DNA from: an uncultured Gammaproteobacteria bacterium
GTDB lineage: Bacteria; Patescibacteriota; Microgenomatia; Levybacterales; GWA1-39-11
Reading direction: 5' to 3'
NCBI GenBank assembly: GCA_964472415.1
Contig: CAYYLC010000001.1
Location: 131,269 to 195,268 of the forward strand
Length of the DNA: 64,000 bases
Shown here: piece by piece, positions 53,648 through 62,947 of the stretch
Layout: the number at the start of each line of letters is the position of its first letter
How positions within the stretch are numbered: position 1 is the stretch's first letter
The notes under the pieces: generated by a model
What the model saw: only the letters and a program-made list of their open reading frames with translations
Told to the model about the DNA's origin: nothing
Database searches by the model: none
Position numbers and translations under genes: made by a program

Positions 53648-55291
53648 ATGAAGAGAATATTCACTAATACAAAGTTTTTACTTGCACTCATTATCGCTAG
53701 TGCGATTTTTCTTCGTTTCTATCAAATTGCAAATACCCCACCGGCACTCACCTGGGATGAGGTTGCGTGGGGTTATAACTCGTACTCGCTTGGTCTTGAT
53801 GGACGAGATGAGTTTGGAGTATTTTTACCATATAAATATCTGGAGTCATTTGGGGACTTCAAGCCACCGCTGTACGCGTATGTAGGTATAATTCCCATAA
53901 AAATTTGGGGATTTACAGAATTCGCAACTCGGCTCCCTTCTGCATTCTTTGGTGTTTTGACTGTCATTTTGACGTTTTTTCTGACACGAGAAATATTTTA
54001 TTCATCAAGCCGCAAAGACTACTACTCGCTTTTCTCCTCCTTTCTTTTGGCAGTTTCTCCTTGGCATTTGAGTCTTTCTCGAGCTGCTTTTGAGGCAAAC
54101 GTTTCACAGTTTTTTATTGTTGCTGGGATTTATTTTTATCTTATGGCGCTTCGAAGAAACGCATGGGTTTTAATTCTCTCCGCAATTTCGTTTGCATTAT
54201 CGTTTTACACTTTTAATACTGCCCGAGTTTTTGTGCCGATTATAGTGATAACTTTGAGTCTTATTTTTATAAAAAAGCTGTGGGTGATAAAGAAGCAAAC
54301 AATAGTCGCAGGGATTATAGGGTTTTCGCTACTTTTACCAATCATTGGATTTCTTTTTTCTCCACAAGCAAGTCTCAGATTTCGCGAAGTAAACATATTT
54401 TCTGATCCTGAGATCGTAGAGCTTTCCAATCAGGAAATAGCAAATGATAATAATTCACTACTCAGTAATATTCTTCATAATAGAAGATTGAAGTATGGAA
54501 TTTCTTTTATCTCGCATTACTTTGATCATTTTAATCCAGATTTCTTGTTTATATCAGGGGATAGTAACCCGAAATTCTCATCTCAGGATGTAGGACAGCT
54601 TTATATATGGAGCATTCCGTTTTTGGTCATAGGGACGCTAGTGCTATTTAGAAAACGTGAAGGGAGATGGTTTGTGGTACCATTGTGGTTACTTCTGGGA
54701 ATAATTCCTGCAGCAACTGCCAGAGAAACACCTCATGCGCTCCGGATTGAGACAACGCTTCCGATGTTTCAAATCCTGGTTGGATATGGAGCAATAACAG
54801 CGCTCTTTTATTTCAGGAAAAAGTTTAATCCGATTATTTTCAAATCTATATTTGGAATTATATTAGTCGTGTTATTTCTGAATATTGGATATTATCTCTA
54901 TGGATATTATGTTCATTATAACCGTGAGCATTCTGATCATTGGCAATATGGATATGGAGAAGCTTTTGAGTATGCTATCGCGCATGAAAATGAGTATGAT
55001 GCAGTTTACGTGACTGATAAACTGGGTAGACCGTATATTTATTATCTCATGCATGCAGAAATTCCTCCGGAAGAATTCCAGAAAGATTCGACCGTAGAAC
55101 GTGATCCATTGGGATTTGTAAACATACGACGAGTGGGGAAGTACTACTTTAGAGACTACTTAGATATTGATGAAGAAGGAAAAAATATTTTATATGTCGG
55201 AGTGCCACTCGATGTTCCCGATGACGCAACAATTCTTACGACTGCGTATAATTTAGATGGGACACCATCATTAATCGTATATACAAAATAA
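53648..55291 (+). CDS. GT39/ArnT-like (GT-C) membrane glycosyltransferase
   Basis: LTWDEVAWGYNSYSLGLDGRDEFGVFLPYKYLESFGDFKPPLYAYV ... FTEFATRLPSAFFG. Confidence 0.65.
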   Translation: MKRIFTNTKFLLALIIASAIFLRFYQIANTPPALTWDEVAWGYNSYSLGLDGRDEFGVFLPYKYLESFGDFKPPLYAYVGIIPIKIWGFTEFATRLPSAFFGVLTVILTFFLTREIFYSSSRKDYYSLFSSFLLAVSPWHLSLSRAAFEANVSQFFIVAGIYFYLMALRRNAWVLILSAISFALSFYTFNTARVFVPIIVITLSLIFIKKLWVIKKQTIVAGIIGFSLLLPIIGFLFSPQASLRFREVNIFSDPEIVELSNQEIANDNNSLLSNILHNRRLKYGISFISHYFDHFNPDFLFISGDSNPKFSSQDVGQLYIWSIPFLVIGTLVLFRKREGRWFVVPLWLLLGIIPAATARETPHALRIETTLPMFQILVGYGAITALFYFRKKFNPIIFKSIFGIILVVLFLNIGYYLYGYYVHYNREHSDHWQYGYGEAFEYAIAHENEYDAVYVTDKLGRPYIYYLMHAEIPPEEFQKDSTVERDPLGFVNIRRVGKYYFRDYLDIDEEGKNILYVGVPLDVPDDATILTTAYNLDGTPSLIVYTK

Positions 55292-55292
55292 T

Positions 55293-56948
55293 ATGAAAAA
55301 ATTCATCTTGACTCATAAAATTATATTACTCTTTATTTCTATTTTGTTTTTAGGTTCTGTATTAAGGTCGTGGGATTTGGGAAAGACTCCTCTGTCACCC
55401 ACCTGGGATGAAGTAGCGCTTGGGTATAATGCATATTCGATCTTTGAAACAGGGAAAGATGAATTTGGGAAAACGCTTCCTGTTGTGATGCGATCATTTG
55501 ATGATTATAAGCCAGCATTTTACACGTATCTTATTATTCCCAGTTATAAAATCTTTGGACTCAATGAATTTTCTGTACGACTTCCTTCGGCAATCATGGG
55601 AATATTGACTCTGGTAAGTGTTTATTTTCTTATAAAAAAACTCTTTAAAAGAGAGAGTATTGCGCTTCTTACCATGCTTCTTCTTGCAATTTCCCCATGG
55701 CATATTCAGTTTAGTAGAGTTGCATTTGAGACAAATGTAGGACTTGCTTTGAATGTTTTTGCTGCGACCTTTTTCCTGTATGGGTTAAAAAGACACTGGA
55801 TGCTCCTACTTGCAGCACTTTTTGCGGGTTTGAGTGTGCATACGTACCAAAGCGACAGAGTATTTACTCCGCTATTTATTCTCGGTATGATTATTATTTT
55901 TTGGAAGCAATTTTTTACAGTTCCTCGTAAATTCATCATTTGGTCTTTTATCATTGGTTTTGTTGTTATTTTGCCATTTATTATTACTGTTTTTACAGAC
56001 AGTAACACCTTGCTTCGCGCGAAGGGTACAAGTGTTTTTAGTAATAATGTTGAGCTCTTGAAGAATAATGCGACAAGAAATGAATTAAATATAGAGACGG
56101 GAGATACTCTTGGAAAGATTATTGATAATAGGCGGATAGTATATGCGAAGGCAGTCCTTGATGGATACCTGTCACATTTTAATTCTAATTGGCTCTTAAA
56201 GGGGGATATTGCTCGACATCATGCGCCTGAAATGGGGCTTATTTATCTTTGGGAATTCCCCTTTATTCTGATCGGAATTTATCTTTTGATATTCTCAAAA
56301 TTTGATAAAAAGACAAAGTTTTTTGTATTTTTCTGGTTTCTTCTCGCTCCACTTCCTGCATCTATTACGACAGGAGTTCCTCATGCAGTGCGCACGTTTA
56401 ATTTCCTCCCAACTTGGCAAATTTTCACTGCATTAGGAATTCTGGGGATGTATAGTTCTGTTTCCAATTTCAAATATAAAGTGTTGCGGATAAGACTTGA
56501 ATATATTGTTGTTTTGTTGCTTGTTTTGTTTGCCATATTTAATTTTATATATTATCTTAATCAGTATTTCGTACAGCAGAATTATTTTCATGCACGGGAC
56601 TGGCTGCATGGTCATCGGGAAATGATTAGTGAAATGTTGAAGCGAGAAGAAAATTATTCAAAAGTTCTTATAACCGATAAGGAACCGATGGATAGGGCTA
56701 GTATGTTTTTCTTATTTTATAGTCAATATCCACCAGAGGAATATCAAAAAGTAAGTCCTCAATCTGGTGGATTTGCGGTGCATCCAGAGTTTGATAAGTA
56801 TATATTTAGGCCGATAGATTGGGAAAAAGATAGCACTTTGAAAGATACACTTATTGTAGGTCTCCCCTCAGAGATTCCTCAAAAAGAAGCTATTTATACA
56901 GTGTATTATCCAAATGGTGATCCTGCGCTTGTCATGGCAGAACGATAA
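55293..56948 (+). CDS. GT39/ArnT-like membrane glycosyltransferase, tandem paralog
   Basis: LSPTWDEVALGYNAYSIFETGKDEFGKTLPVVMRSFDDYKPAFYTYL ... LNEFSVRLPSAIMG. Confidence 0.65.
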   Translation: MKKFILTHKIILLFISILFLGSVLRSWDLGKTPLSPTWDEVALGYNAYSIFETGKDEFGKTLPVVMRSFDDYKPAFYTYLIIPSYKIFGLNEFSVRLPSAIMGILTLVSVYFLIKKLFKRESIALLTMLLLAISPWHIQFSRVAFETNVGLALNVFAATFFLYGLKRHWMLLLAALFAGLSVHTYQSDRVFTPLFILGMIIIFWKQFFTVPRKFIIWSFIIGFVVILPFIITVFTDSNTLLRAKGTSVFSNNVELLKNNATRNELNIETGDTLGKIIDNRRIVYAKAVLDGYLSHFNSNWLLKGDIARHHAPEMGLIYLWEFPFILIGIYLLIFSKFDKKTKFFVFFWFLLAPLPASITTGVPHAVRTFNFLPTWQIFTALGILGMYSSVSNFKYKVLRIRLEYIVVLLLVLFAIFNFIYYLNQYFVQQNYFHARDWLHGHREMISEMLKREENYSKVLITDKEPMDRASMFFLFYSQYPPEEYQKVSPQSGGFAVHPEFDKYIFRPIDWEKDSTLKDTLIVGLPSEIPQKEAIYTVYYPNGDPALVMAER

Positions 56949-56957
56949 AAAAACAGT

Positions 56958-57728
56958 ATGAAAAAATTATCAGTGGTGCTTGCGACATTTAATGAAGAAG
57001 AGAATATTGAACGATGCTTGAAGTCGGTTCAGGGTTTTGCTGATGAAACAATTATTGTAGATGGGAAATCAAAAGATAGGACTACTGAAATAGCAAAAAA
57101 TTTTGGCGCAATAGTGATCTCTACTACGAACAAGCCGAACTTTCATATCAATAAGCAAAAAGCAATTGATGCAGCAACGGGAAAATGGATTTTGCAATTA
57201 GATGCGGATGAGGTGGTTAGTGAGGGATTAAAAAAGGAAATAGGAAAAATTATAGAGAGAAATCCCGAAGAAAATGGATATTGGATGCCAAGAAAAAATT
57301 ATTTTCTTGGAAGATTTTTAATGAAAGGAGGCCAATATCCTGATTACACGATACGATTATATAGGAATGGAAAAGGAAAGCTTCCTCAAAAAGATGTGCA
57401 TGAGCAAGCAGTGGTTGAAGGGAAGGTGGGTTATTTGAAGTATGGACTGCTCCACTATCCATATAGGGACTTTAAGTTTTATGTAGAGAAATGGAATAGA
57501 TATAATATGTTGTTTGCCAAGCAAATCGAAGATGAGATGAGAGGAAGAAATATCTTTTATAAATTAATTCATGGCTTCGGGTATTTAGTGTTGCGTCCGG
57601 CACATTGGCTTCTCACCACCTATATTAGACATAAGGGGTTTTACGATTCTTGGCAAGGGTTCGTTTTTTCAGCTATGTCTGCACTGAGATTTCCAGCATC
57701 GTATATAATGTATTTAATCAAAAGATGA
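56958..57728 (+). CDS. GT2 glycosyltransferase
   Basis: KKLSVVLATFNEEENIERCLKSV ... TIIVDGKSKDRTTEIAKNFGA ... ILQLDADEVVS. Confidence 0.8.
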   Translation: MKKLSVVLATFNEEENIERCLKSVQGFADETIIVDGKSKDRTTEIAKNFGAIVISTTNKPNFHINKQKAIDAATGKWILQLDADEVVSEGLKKEIGKIIERNPEENGYWMPRKNYFLGRFLMKGGQYPDYTIRLYRNGKGKLPQKDVHEQAVVEGKVGYLKYGLLHYPYRDFKFYVEKWNRYNMLFAKQIEDEMRGRNIFYKLIHGFGYLVLRPAHWLLTTYIRHKGFYDSWQGFVFSAMSALRFPASYIMYLIKR

Positions 57729-58702
57729 GAAATATTTTAGTAACAGGTGGAGCAGGATATATCGGAAGTTTTATGGTTAAGTCTCTTCTAGAGAGAGGAG
57801 ATAGCGTTGTGGTGTTTGATAATCTACAGAGAGGGCATAGGAATGCAGTTGATCGTCGGGCAGAGTTTGTTGAGGGAGATATTCTGCACGAGAAGGATAT
57901 TCAAGATATTTTTAAAAAGCATCAATTTGATGCAGTTCTACATTTTGCAGGACTTATATCAGTTGAAGAGTCATCTAAAAAGCCTGAAATGTATTATGAG
58001 AATAATGTGGTAGGATCCCAGAAGCTTTTCAGTGCAGCTCTTGAGATTGGGAATGTAAAAAACTTTATTTTTTCATCTACTGCTGCAGTATATGGAAATC
58101 CAACTAAAGTTCCAATTCCGGAAGATCATCCGAAAAATCCTACGAGTCCGTATGGGAAGAGTAAGTTAGAAACTGAAAAAAATCTTCAAGATTTGCGAGA
58201 AAGGAATAATGAGGTGAATTATGCGATTTTACGGTATTTTAATGCATGCGGCGCAGCAATAAATGGTGAAATTGGAGAGAGTCATGATCCAGAGACGCAC
58301 ATTATTCCTCTTGCGATTCGTGCTGCAATGCAAAATAAAGAGTTTAAGCTATATGGGACTGATTATGATACGAAAGACGGAACGTGTATTCGTGATTATA
58401 TTCATGTACTTGATCTTGTGGAAGCACATATACTTGCACTTGATAAAATTATGGGAGATGGTGGAGGTTATTGTTATAATGTGGGGACAGGGGAAGGCTT
58501 TACGAATAGAGAAGTAGTCGAAATGGTGAGGAGGGTTAGTGATAAGGATATTCAAATCGTAGAAGCGGAGAGGCGAGCAGGGGACTCGAGCGAATTAGTG
58601 GCAGATGTTACTAAGATAAAGAAGGAATTAGGATTCAGTCCTCAATATTCAGATCTTTCTACGATTGTTGCTAGTGCATGGAAGTGGCACAATCCTAAAT
58701 AA
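57725..58702 (+). CDS. galE: UDP-glucose 4-epimerase
   Basis: MRNILVTGGAGYIGSFMV (Rossmann GxxGxxG), YGKSK (YxxxK), FNACGA; ATG overlaps previous stop (ATGA 57725-57728); ORF opens at 57650. Confidence 0.9.
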   Translation: MRNILVTGGAGYIGSFMVKSLLERGDSVVVFDNLQRGHRNAVDRRAEFVEGDILHEKDIQDIFKKHQFDAVLHFAGLISVEESSKKPEMYYENNVVGSQKLFSAALEIGNVKNFIFSSTAAVYGNPTKVPIPEDHPKNPTSPYGKSKLETEKNLQDLRERNNEVNYAILRYFNACGAAINGEIGESHDPETHIIPLAIRAAMQNKEFKLYGTDYDTKDGTCIRDYIHVLDLVEAHILALDKIMGDGGGYCYNVGTGEGFTNREVVEMVRRVSDKDIQIVEAERRAGDSSELVADVTKIKKELGFSPQYSDLSTIVASAWKWHNPK

Positions 58703-59733
58703 TGAAAATAGGAATAGATATTTCTCCATTATTTTCTGGTCATAAAGTTCGTGGAGTAGGTTCATATGTTTCCCTCCTCAAAGAAAATATTGAGAAGTTT
58801 GATCCTAAAAACTCTTATACTTTTTTTAAAGGTAAAGCGCCAGAGGAGCTTGATGTCGTACATTACCCGTATTTTGATCCTTTTTTCCCGGTAATGCCGT
58901 TTCAGAAAAGAACGAAGACTGTAGTGACGGTTCATGATTTAATCCCAATAAAGTTTAAGAAATATTTTCCAAGTGGGATTAAGGGGGCTCTTAGGTGGCA
59001 ATACAATAAGCGATTATTAAAAAGTGCAGACAGGATTATTGTTGATTCGGTAGCTTCAAAAAATGATGTAATAGATTTGGTGGGCGTTAAAAAAGAATTA
59101 ATAGACGTAGTATATTTAGGGGTAGATTCAATATATAAAAAGATGAGTGTTTCTGAAAATGATAGAAGTCTAATTTCAGGAAAATATGATTTACCGAAGA
59201 ATTTTTTCCTTTATGTTGGAGACGTTACGTGGAATAAAAATCTACCGCGGATTATTGAATCCGCTAAAAAGGCAGATGTCCATTTATTATTGGTTGGTAA
59301 AGCTTTAGTCGGTAAAAATTTTGAGAGGGATAATCCGTGGAATCGTGACAAAGTAAAGGTGGTCGATTTAATAGAGAGAGATACTAAGATAAGCGCATTG
59401 GGATTTGTTTCAGATGAAGACTTGTTGACTCTCTATAACCTTGCTGAAGGGCTTTTAATGCCTTCTTTGTATGAAGGATTTGGCTTGCCTGTTTTGGAGG
59501 CGATGAGTACAGGATGCCCGGTGATTACGAGTAGATTAGGAAGCCTGCCAGAAGTGGGTGGAGATGCTGTCTTATATACTGATGCAGAATCAATTGATTC
59601 TATTGCGCAAGAGATAGATAATCTTTATTTGAATAAAAAACTTCAGAATGAATTATCTGAAAAAGGACTTGAGCGAGCCAGAAAATTTAGTGTTGAAAGA
59701 ATGATGAAGAATATTGCACGATGTTATCGTTAG
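58702..59733 (+). CDS. GT4 glycosyltransferase
   Basis: EGFGLPVLEAMSTGCPVITSRLGSLPEVGGDAVLY. Confidence 0.8.
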   Translation: MKIGIDISPLFSGHKVRGVGSYVSLLKENIEKFDPKNSYTFFKGKAPEELDVVHYPYFDPFFPVMPFQKRTKTVVTVHDLIPIKFKKYFPSGIKGALRWQYNKRLLKSADRIIVDSVASKNDVIDLVGVKKELIDVVYLGVDSIYKKMSVSENDRSLISGKYDLPKNFFLYVGDVTWNKNLPRIIESAKKADVHLLLVGKALVGKNFERDNPWNRDKVKVVDLIERDTKISALGFVSDEDLLTLYNLAEGLLMPSLYEGFGLPVLEAMSTGCPVITSRLGSLPEVGGDAVLYTDAESIDSIAQEIDNLYLNKKLQNELSEKGLERARKFSVERMMKNIARCYR

Positions 59734-59736
59734 TTC

Positions 59737-60996
59737 ATGAGAAGTAAAATAATTCAACTCATTAAGCACCCATTTATATCGGGGAGCATCATTGTGATGA
59801 GTGGGTCATTGGGAGCAAATTTTATTCATTTCTTGTTCAACATTTTCTTGAGTAGAAATTTAGCAGTACAAGATTATGGCTCTGTGGCGAGTCTGATGGC
59901 CATAATAACTCTTTTTGGGATATCCTCAAGTGCTATAGCGCCTACTATCGTAAGCTTTACAAGCAGGAGCTTTCAGGAGAACGATTTAGAGAATGTCAGA
60001 TCTGTATATTTCAAGATCTTTAATTTTTTCCTTTTATTATCTGGGATTATTCTAGTTATTTTCTTAGCATTTAGTAGAATGATTTCTGTTTTTCTTAATA
60101 TTTCTAATGGAGCAATTCTAGTAGAAATAACAGGAATTACAGTTTTTATTGGGTTTATGAGTATGCTTAATCTTTCGCTTTTTCAGGCGAGATTATCGTT
60201 TCGAGTATTTTCTTCACTAAACATATTATCCGCAATTATAAAACTATTTTTAGGGATGGTATTTATTTTTTATGGATTTAGCACAGTAGGAGTAATGTTT
60301 GCGATATTGTTGTCATATGTAATCCCCTATTTATTAGGTTTTGGATTTATAAAATTTCTATTCAAAAGAAATGTTTCGAACGTAAGAATTAAATGGAAGG
60401 ATATCGTGGTATACGCTGCGCCATCTGGGGCAGCACTTGTGGGACTCACTGCCATTAGTTCAATAGACTTATTATTGGTAAAGCATTTATTTGATGCAAA
60501 TTCTGCGGGTGTGTATGCGGGCTTGTCGCTTTTGGGAAGGGTAGTGTTTTTCTTTACTGCACCTATCACAGTAGTGATGTTTCCTCTCATGTCGAGGAAA
60601 TACGATAAAAAAGAGAATTATAATAAAGTATTATTATTTGCAATATTAACAGTTGGCGTATCATCATTTGGAATATCGTTATTTTATTTCCTCTTCCCAG
60701 AATTCGTTATTAGATTGTTCCTTAAAAATGAAGTTTATCTAAATGCAGTACCATATCTAGGAATGATTGGGATATTTGCTTCTCTTCATTCTCTTAACTC
60801 AGCTATGATGTATTATTTCCTTTCTATAAGAAAGACATGGATATATAAGCCGATTGTCGTAGCGGGACTATTACAAGCACTTGGAATATATTTATTCCAT
60901 GATTCATTAGGATTAGTAATTGGGATATCTATTTTAATGACTGCGTTATTACTCATTTTCCTTTCCTTTTATGCGTTTTTCCTTACTAAAAAATAA
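59737..60996 (+). CDS. Wzx-type oligosaccharide flippase (MOP superfamily), second copy
   Basis: 419 aa, around 12 TM helices. Confidence 0.65.
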   Translation: MRSKIIQLIKHPFISGSIIVMSGSLGANFIHFLFNIFLSRNLAVQDYGSVASLMAIITLFGISSSAIAPTIVSFTSRSFQENDLENVRSVYFKIFNFFLLLSGIILVIFLAFSRMISVFLNISNGAILVEITGITVFIGFMSMLNLSLFQARLSFRVFSSLNILSAIIKLFLGMVFIFYGFSTVGVMFAILLSYVIPYLLGFGFIKFLFKRNVSNVRIKWKDIVVYAAPSGAALVGLTAISSIDLLLVKHLFDANSAGVYAGLSLLGRVVFFFTAPITVVMFPLMSRKYDKKENYNKVLLFAILTVGVSSFGISLFYFLFPEFVIRLFLKNEVYLNAVPYLGMIGIFASLHSLNSAMMYYFLSIRKTWIYKPIVVAGLLQALGIYLFHDSLGLVIGISILMTALLLIFLSFYAFFLTKK

Positions 60997-61034
60997 CTAT
61001 ATATGTTTATTTTAGCCTTTGATATACTATTTTA

Positions 61035-61808
61035 ATGAAAAAGACGAAGCGTTGGAAGCTCTCATTGATCGTTCCGGCATATAAGCAGGAGCGAACTATT
61101 CAAAAAGATATTGAGAATATAGAAAAATCATTGAGGAATTACGATTTGGATTATGAGCTTATTGTAGTAGTCGATGGAAAATTAGATAAAACGGCTGATA
61201 AGCTCAAGAAGCTCGATCTCAAAAAGATGATTGTTGTGCAACTAGAAAAAAACTATGGTAAAGGATATGCAGTTAGGCGGGGAGTAGAAAGAGCAAATGG
61301 TGATATTATAGGTTTTTTGGATGCGGGAATGGATATAGATCCTGCCGGGATCGATATGCTCATAAACCACATGATGTGGTATGATGCAGATGTGATAGTG
61401 GGAAGCAAATTGCATCCTGTTTCCCAAGTAGAGTATCCATTTTATAGAAAGGTATTATCATGGGGATATCGGAAATTTACCTACTTACTATTTGGATTTA
61501 AAGTTCGAGATACGCAAGTTGGACTAAAATTATTTAAGAAGAATGTAGCAAAAGATGTATTCTCTCGTTCGCTTGTTAAGAAGTTTGCTTTTGATGTTGA
61601 GATTTTAGCACTTGCGTATTCTTTAGGATATAAAAAAATTTATGAAGCACCGATTAAGCTAAAATTGGACAAGAGGTCTTCAATAAAAAATTCCAATTTT
61701 TGGAGAATTATTTTTATCATGCTTATAGATACATTCGCTGTATTCTATCGTCTAAAGATTAAGAAATATTATAAAAGGAGTAATCAGAAAAATTGGCTTC
61801 CTGAATAA
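61035..61808 (+). CDS. GT2 glycosyltransferase (Dpm1-like)
   Basis: LSLIVPAYKQERTI ... LIVVVDGKLDKT ... NYGKGYAVRRGVERANGDIIGFLDAGMDIDP. Confidence 0.75.
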   Translation: MKKTKRWKLSLIVPAYKQERTIQKDIENIEKSLRNYDLDYELIVVVDGKLDKTADKLKKLDLKKMIVVQLEKNYGKGYAVRRGVERANGDIIGFLDAGMDIDPAGIDMLINHMMWYDADVIVGSKLHPVSQVEYPFYRKVLSWGYRKFTYLLFGFKVRDTQVGLKLFKKNVAKDVFSRSLVKKFAFDVEILALAYSLGYKKIYEAPIKLKLDKRSSIKNSNFWRIIFIMLIDTFAVFYRLKIKKYYKRSNQKNWLPE

Positions 61809-62917
61809 TGAATATATTGATTTTAAATTGGCGTGACATTAAAAATCCCAAAAGCGGTGGGGCTGAAATACTAACTCATGAATTGGCAAGGAGACTAGTT
61901 AGGGATGGGCATTCGGTGACACAATTTAGTGCTCTATTCGAGAATGCAAAGAAAGAAGAGATAGTCGATGGAGTGAGATTTATACGCAATGGTGTGCCGG
62001 ACGTGAGGCGCTTTTTTTCATCAGTTCATTTTAAAGCATTCCTTTATTATAGAAAAAATAATTCCCAATTCGATCTTATTATTGATGAAGTGCATGGAAT
62101 TCCTTTCTTTACTCCTCTTTATTCCCGGAGAAAAAAACTTGCACTTATCTGTGAGGTTGCTGGAAATATATGGGATATTTCATTCAAATTCCCATTTAAT
62201 ATTATAGGAAAAACTATAGAAAGAATTTATCATATTTTTTATCAAAACGTAAGGATCGTTACCATTTCTGATTCTTCAAAAAAAGATTTATCAAAGATTG
62301 GTTTTAAAAAAGAACAAATTGATGTACTTACATTGGGTTGTGATGTTCCGATAATAAAGAAATTACCTAAGAAAAATGAGGAATGCACTCTTATCTTTGT
62401 TAGTAGGATAACAAAATCTAAAGGTATTGAGGATGCAGTAAAATCGATTTCTGAAATTAAGAAAATAATTCCTAATATAAAACTCCTAATTCTTGGTAGA
62501 GGAGAAGAAAGATATGTGGAAAAGATCAAAATGATGATTCATGATATGGGGCTAGAGAAAAATATTATGATGCTTGGATTTGTTTCGGAACAAGAAAAAC
62601 GGAATTATTTAGAGAAATCTCACATTCTCATCGTGCCTTCTCGAAAGGAAGGATGGGGTTTGACAATCCACGAAGCTGGCTCTAGAGGAACTCCTGCCAT
62701 AGGATACAACGTAGAGGGATTAAGGGATGTGATAGTGGATAATGTGAATGGAATTATTTGCAAAAATAATTCTCATGCTGATATTGCAAAAAATGCATTA
62801 TTACTATTTTCAAATGAGAAATTATATCGCAAGTTACAGATGGGTGCTATTTCTGAACGAAAAAAATATACATGGGATAGGACATATAGAGAATTCCTCG
62901 AAGTGCTAGGTAGTTGA
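61808..62917 (+). CDS. GT4 glycosyltransferase
   Basis: EGWGLTIHEAGSRGTPAIGYNVEGLRDVIVDNVNGII. Confidence 0.8.
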   Translation: MNILILNWRDIKNPKSGGAEILTHELARRLVRDGHSVTQFSALFENAKKEEIVDGVRFIRNGVPDVRRFFSSVHFKAFLYYRKNNSQFDLIIDEVHGIPFFTPLYSRRKKLALICEVAGNIWDISFKFPFNIIGKTIERIYHIFYQNVRIVTISDSSKKDLSKIGFKKEQIDVLTLGCDVPIIKKLPKKNEECTLIFVSRITKSKGIEDAVKSISEIKKIIPNIKLLILGRGEERYVEKIKMMIHDMGLEKNIMMLGFVSEQEKRNYLEKSHILIVPSRKEGWGLTIHEAGSRGTPAIGYNVEGLRDVIVDNVNGIICKNNSHADIAKNALLLFSNEKLYRKLQMGAISERKKYTWDRTYREFLEVLGS

Positions 62918-62947
62918 TTACTGTGCTCAACTGATATTTTCCTACCT

